Shown one piece after another: positions 62,196 through 64,000 of a stretch of 64,000 nucleotides of DNA. Positions within the stretch are counted from its first letter, which is position 1; the number at the start of each line of letters is the position of its first letter. A model generated the notes under the pieces. The model was given only the letters and a program-made list of their open reading frames with translations, had not been told where the DNA came from and ran no database searches. The stretch is from Lytechinus pictus (taxonomy: Eukaryota), in contig NC_087250.1 of NCBI RefSeq assembly GCF_037042905.1, forward strand, positions 25,174,001 through 25,238,000, in the 5' to 3' direction. Both the position numbers and the translations under genes were made by a program.

Positions 62196-64000
62196 GGAGG
62201 CAGGATGGAACATCAGGGCCATGTCTTACAAAGAGTCGATCCAATCAATCACTTCTATGGAGAGCCAGCAACATCTAAAATGCATGTTTTTTCAAGATAT
62301 TTTCCAGATACGCTGTATATTCATGCACAATTCAGTGTGCTTCCTTTTGTTTACAAAGAACATTGAGCACATTTCCTGTAGATTAAATTATGACATTGAC
62401 TGAGGGTTTCCATACAGTTGAGGTCAATCAGGGTCCCGTCTTACAAAGAGTTACGATTGATCCAATCAATCGTTTAAATCAATCGTAACTCTATGGAAAT
62501 CCATCAGTGTTATAATTTTTTCTACAGGAAATTTGCAAAATGTCCTTTGTAAACAAAGGAGATCACACCAAATTGTCAAGAAATCAATGAATTTATGGAT
62601 ATACATTCAGATCTAGAATTTTTTTTAAATAAACATAGTTACATTTTATATGTTGACTTTGCTGGCTTTCCATAGTTGCAATTTGATTGGATCAATCGCA
62701 ACTCTTTGTGAGACGGGGCCCAGGTCAATCGTAACTCTTTGTAAGTCAAGGTCTAAAATAGGTATATAGCAACATACCTGCTTGGAGTCAATGTCCATTG
62801 TTATCTCTTGATTTAAATAATTCTTCGCTGCCATGTCTAGTGCCCTCTCGAGATTCTGCTCTGTGTATACACTGATTGGGGGACAGGACTAAAACAGAAA
62901 ATGGCAGATATAAAAGAAATTTATTGACAAAAAAAGAAGTTCATACAATTTATGAAATGTAATATTGTTTACTTCTTTCATTCTTAAAAATGAGATATAC
63001 AATTTTGGTGTCCTTTTCAAAGAAATTATGCATTGCATTTTGCAATCGCCTCCCAGGCACGCAAAGGTGATGCCTAACATACAATTATGATAACAATAAT
63101 CTTGTATCTCTTCATCAACATTATCATACCTCAGCCCCACAGTTCAGAGCAAAGTGTATTCTGGCATCCAAGGTATCAACCATGTAAGCTAACCGAGGGT
63201 CATCGTCATGGAAACAGCTCTTCTTGGTGGAAGGGTGTGGCTTATTCCCTGTCAAGAAAAAAAACTTCTGACAATCAGAAATAAACAAAATACTTGTAAA
63301 TCTTTCTTGTTCGTAAATTATGCAACTTTGTTAAAATCATCATTTATGCTCTTACATCACCTCCATATATAGTGACTATTATATTTTGGATCAAAAATTT
63401 ATCCTCCGGTCATTGGCTAAAAGAGCTTCACGTGATTATGTGTATTTTCAACTTTTTTGGAATGTTGGCAGCTAGGCATACTATTTGAGAAAATTACGTC
63501 ATTTTTGTGACGTCATTTCCCCAAATAGTAAAACTATTTGGGGAAATGACGTCACGGCGCCATACGCCTGATGCGCGTGATATCAAAATCACCAACATTC
63601 AGCGGGGTATACGAGAGCTTGAGTGCTTACCATGGGCGATACTCGTGACGTCGCGGCTACGTTTTTAGACTACAGTTTATGCTTTGACTTTTTCAGACAT
63701 TTTCATTGACTATTAAAACTTGGATTTCATTAAAATTGGATATGATTTTTAAAAAGAGCATAAGACCATGAGAGTGACAAGAGAGGATAAAAGGTAAGCC
63801 ATTATTCTGTTTTTTCCTTTTGTTAAAATTTTTTATCCAAAATATAAAACAAATATACTCTGCCATAATCTCGAGTTTCTGGTTAAAACTATGGGCCTCG
63901 GTGCCTCCAATAGTACCATTCACTTCGGGGCTGCGCCCCTCAGTGAATAGTACTATTCTGGAGTCACCTCTTGCCCATAGTTTTAACCAGAAACTCTCAA

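Overview
AT-rich, repeat-dense animal genomic DNA. The repeat repertoire resembles a sea urchin or other echinoderm (inference only). The one supportable protein-coding gene is a + strand Pur-alpha/Pur-beta family gene. Five coding exons (22052-22155, 40927-41148, 42268-42388, 43059-43174, 44871-45011) join in frame with GT-AG boundaries and encode all three PUR repeats; the ATG exon was not found. The rest is introns, a probable long 3' UTR, non-autonomous DNA transposons (TTAA/Kolobok-like, Harbinger-like, Tc1-like), tRNA-derived SINEs and simple or tandem repeats. The main unexpected signal is that much of the non-repeat sequence of the long 5' introns appears to fold back on itself on the + strand. 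It forms four giant imperfect hairpins (about 1.4-7.2, 8.7-10.6, 11.9-21.85 and 22.9-40.5 kb) made of dozens of nested, G-U-rich helices, with transposons in the loops and bulges. All helices were found by eye and have not been tested statistically.
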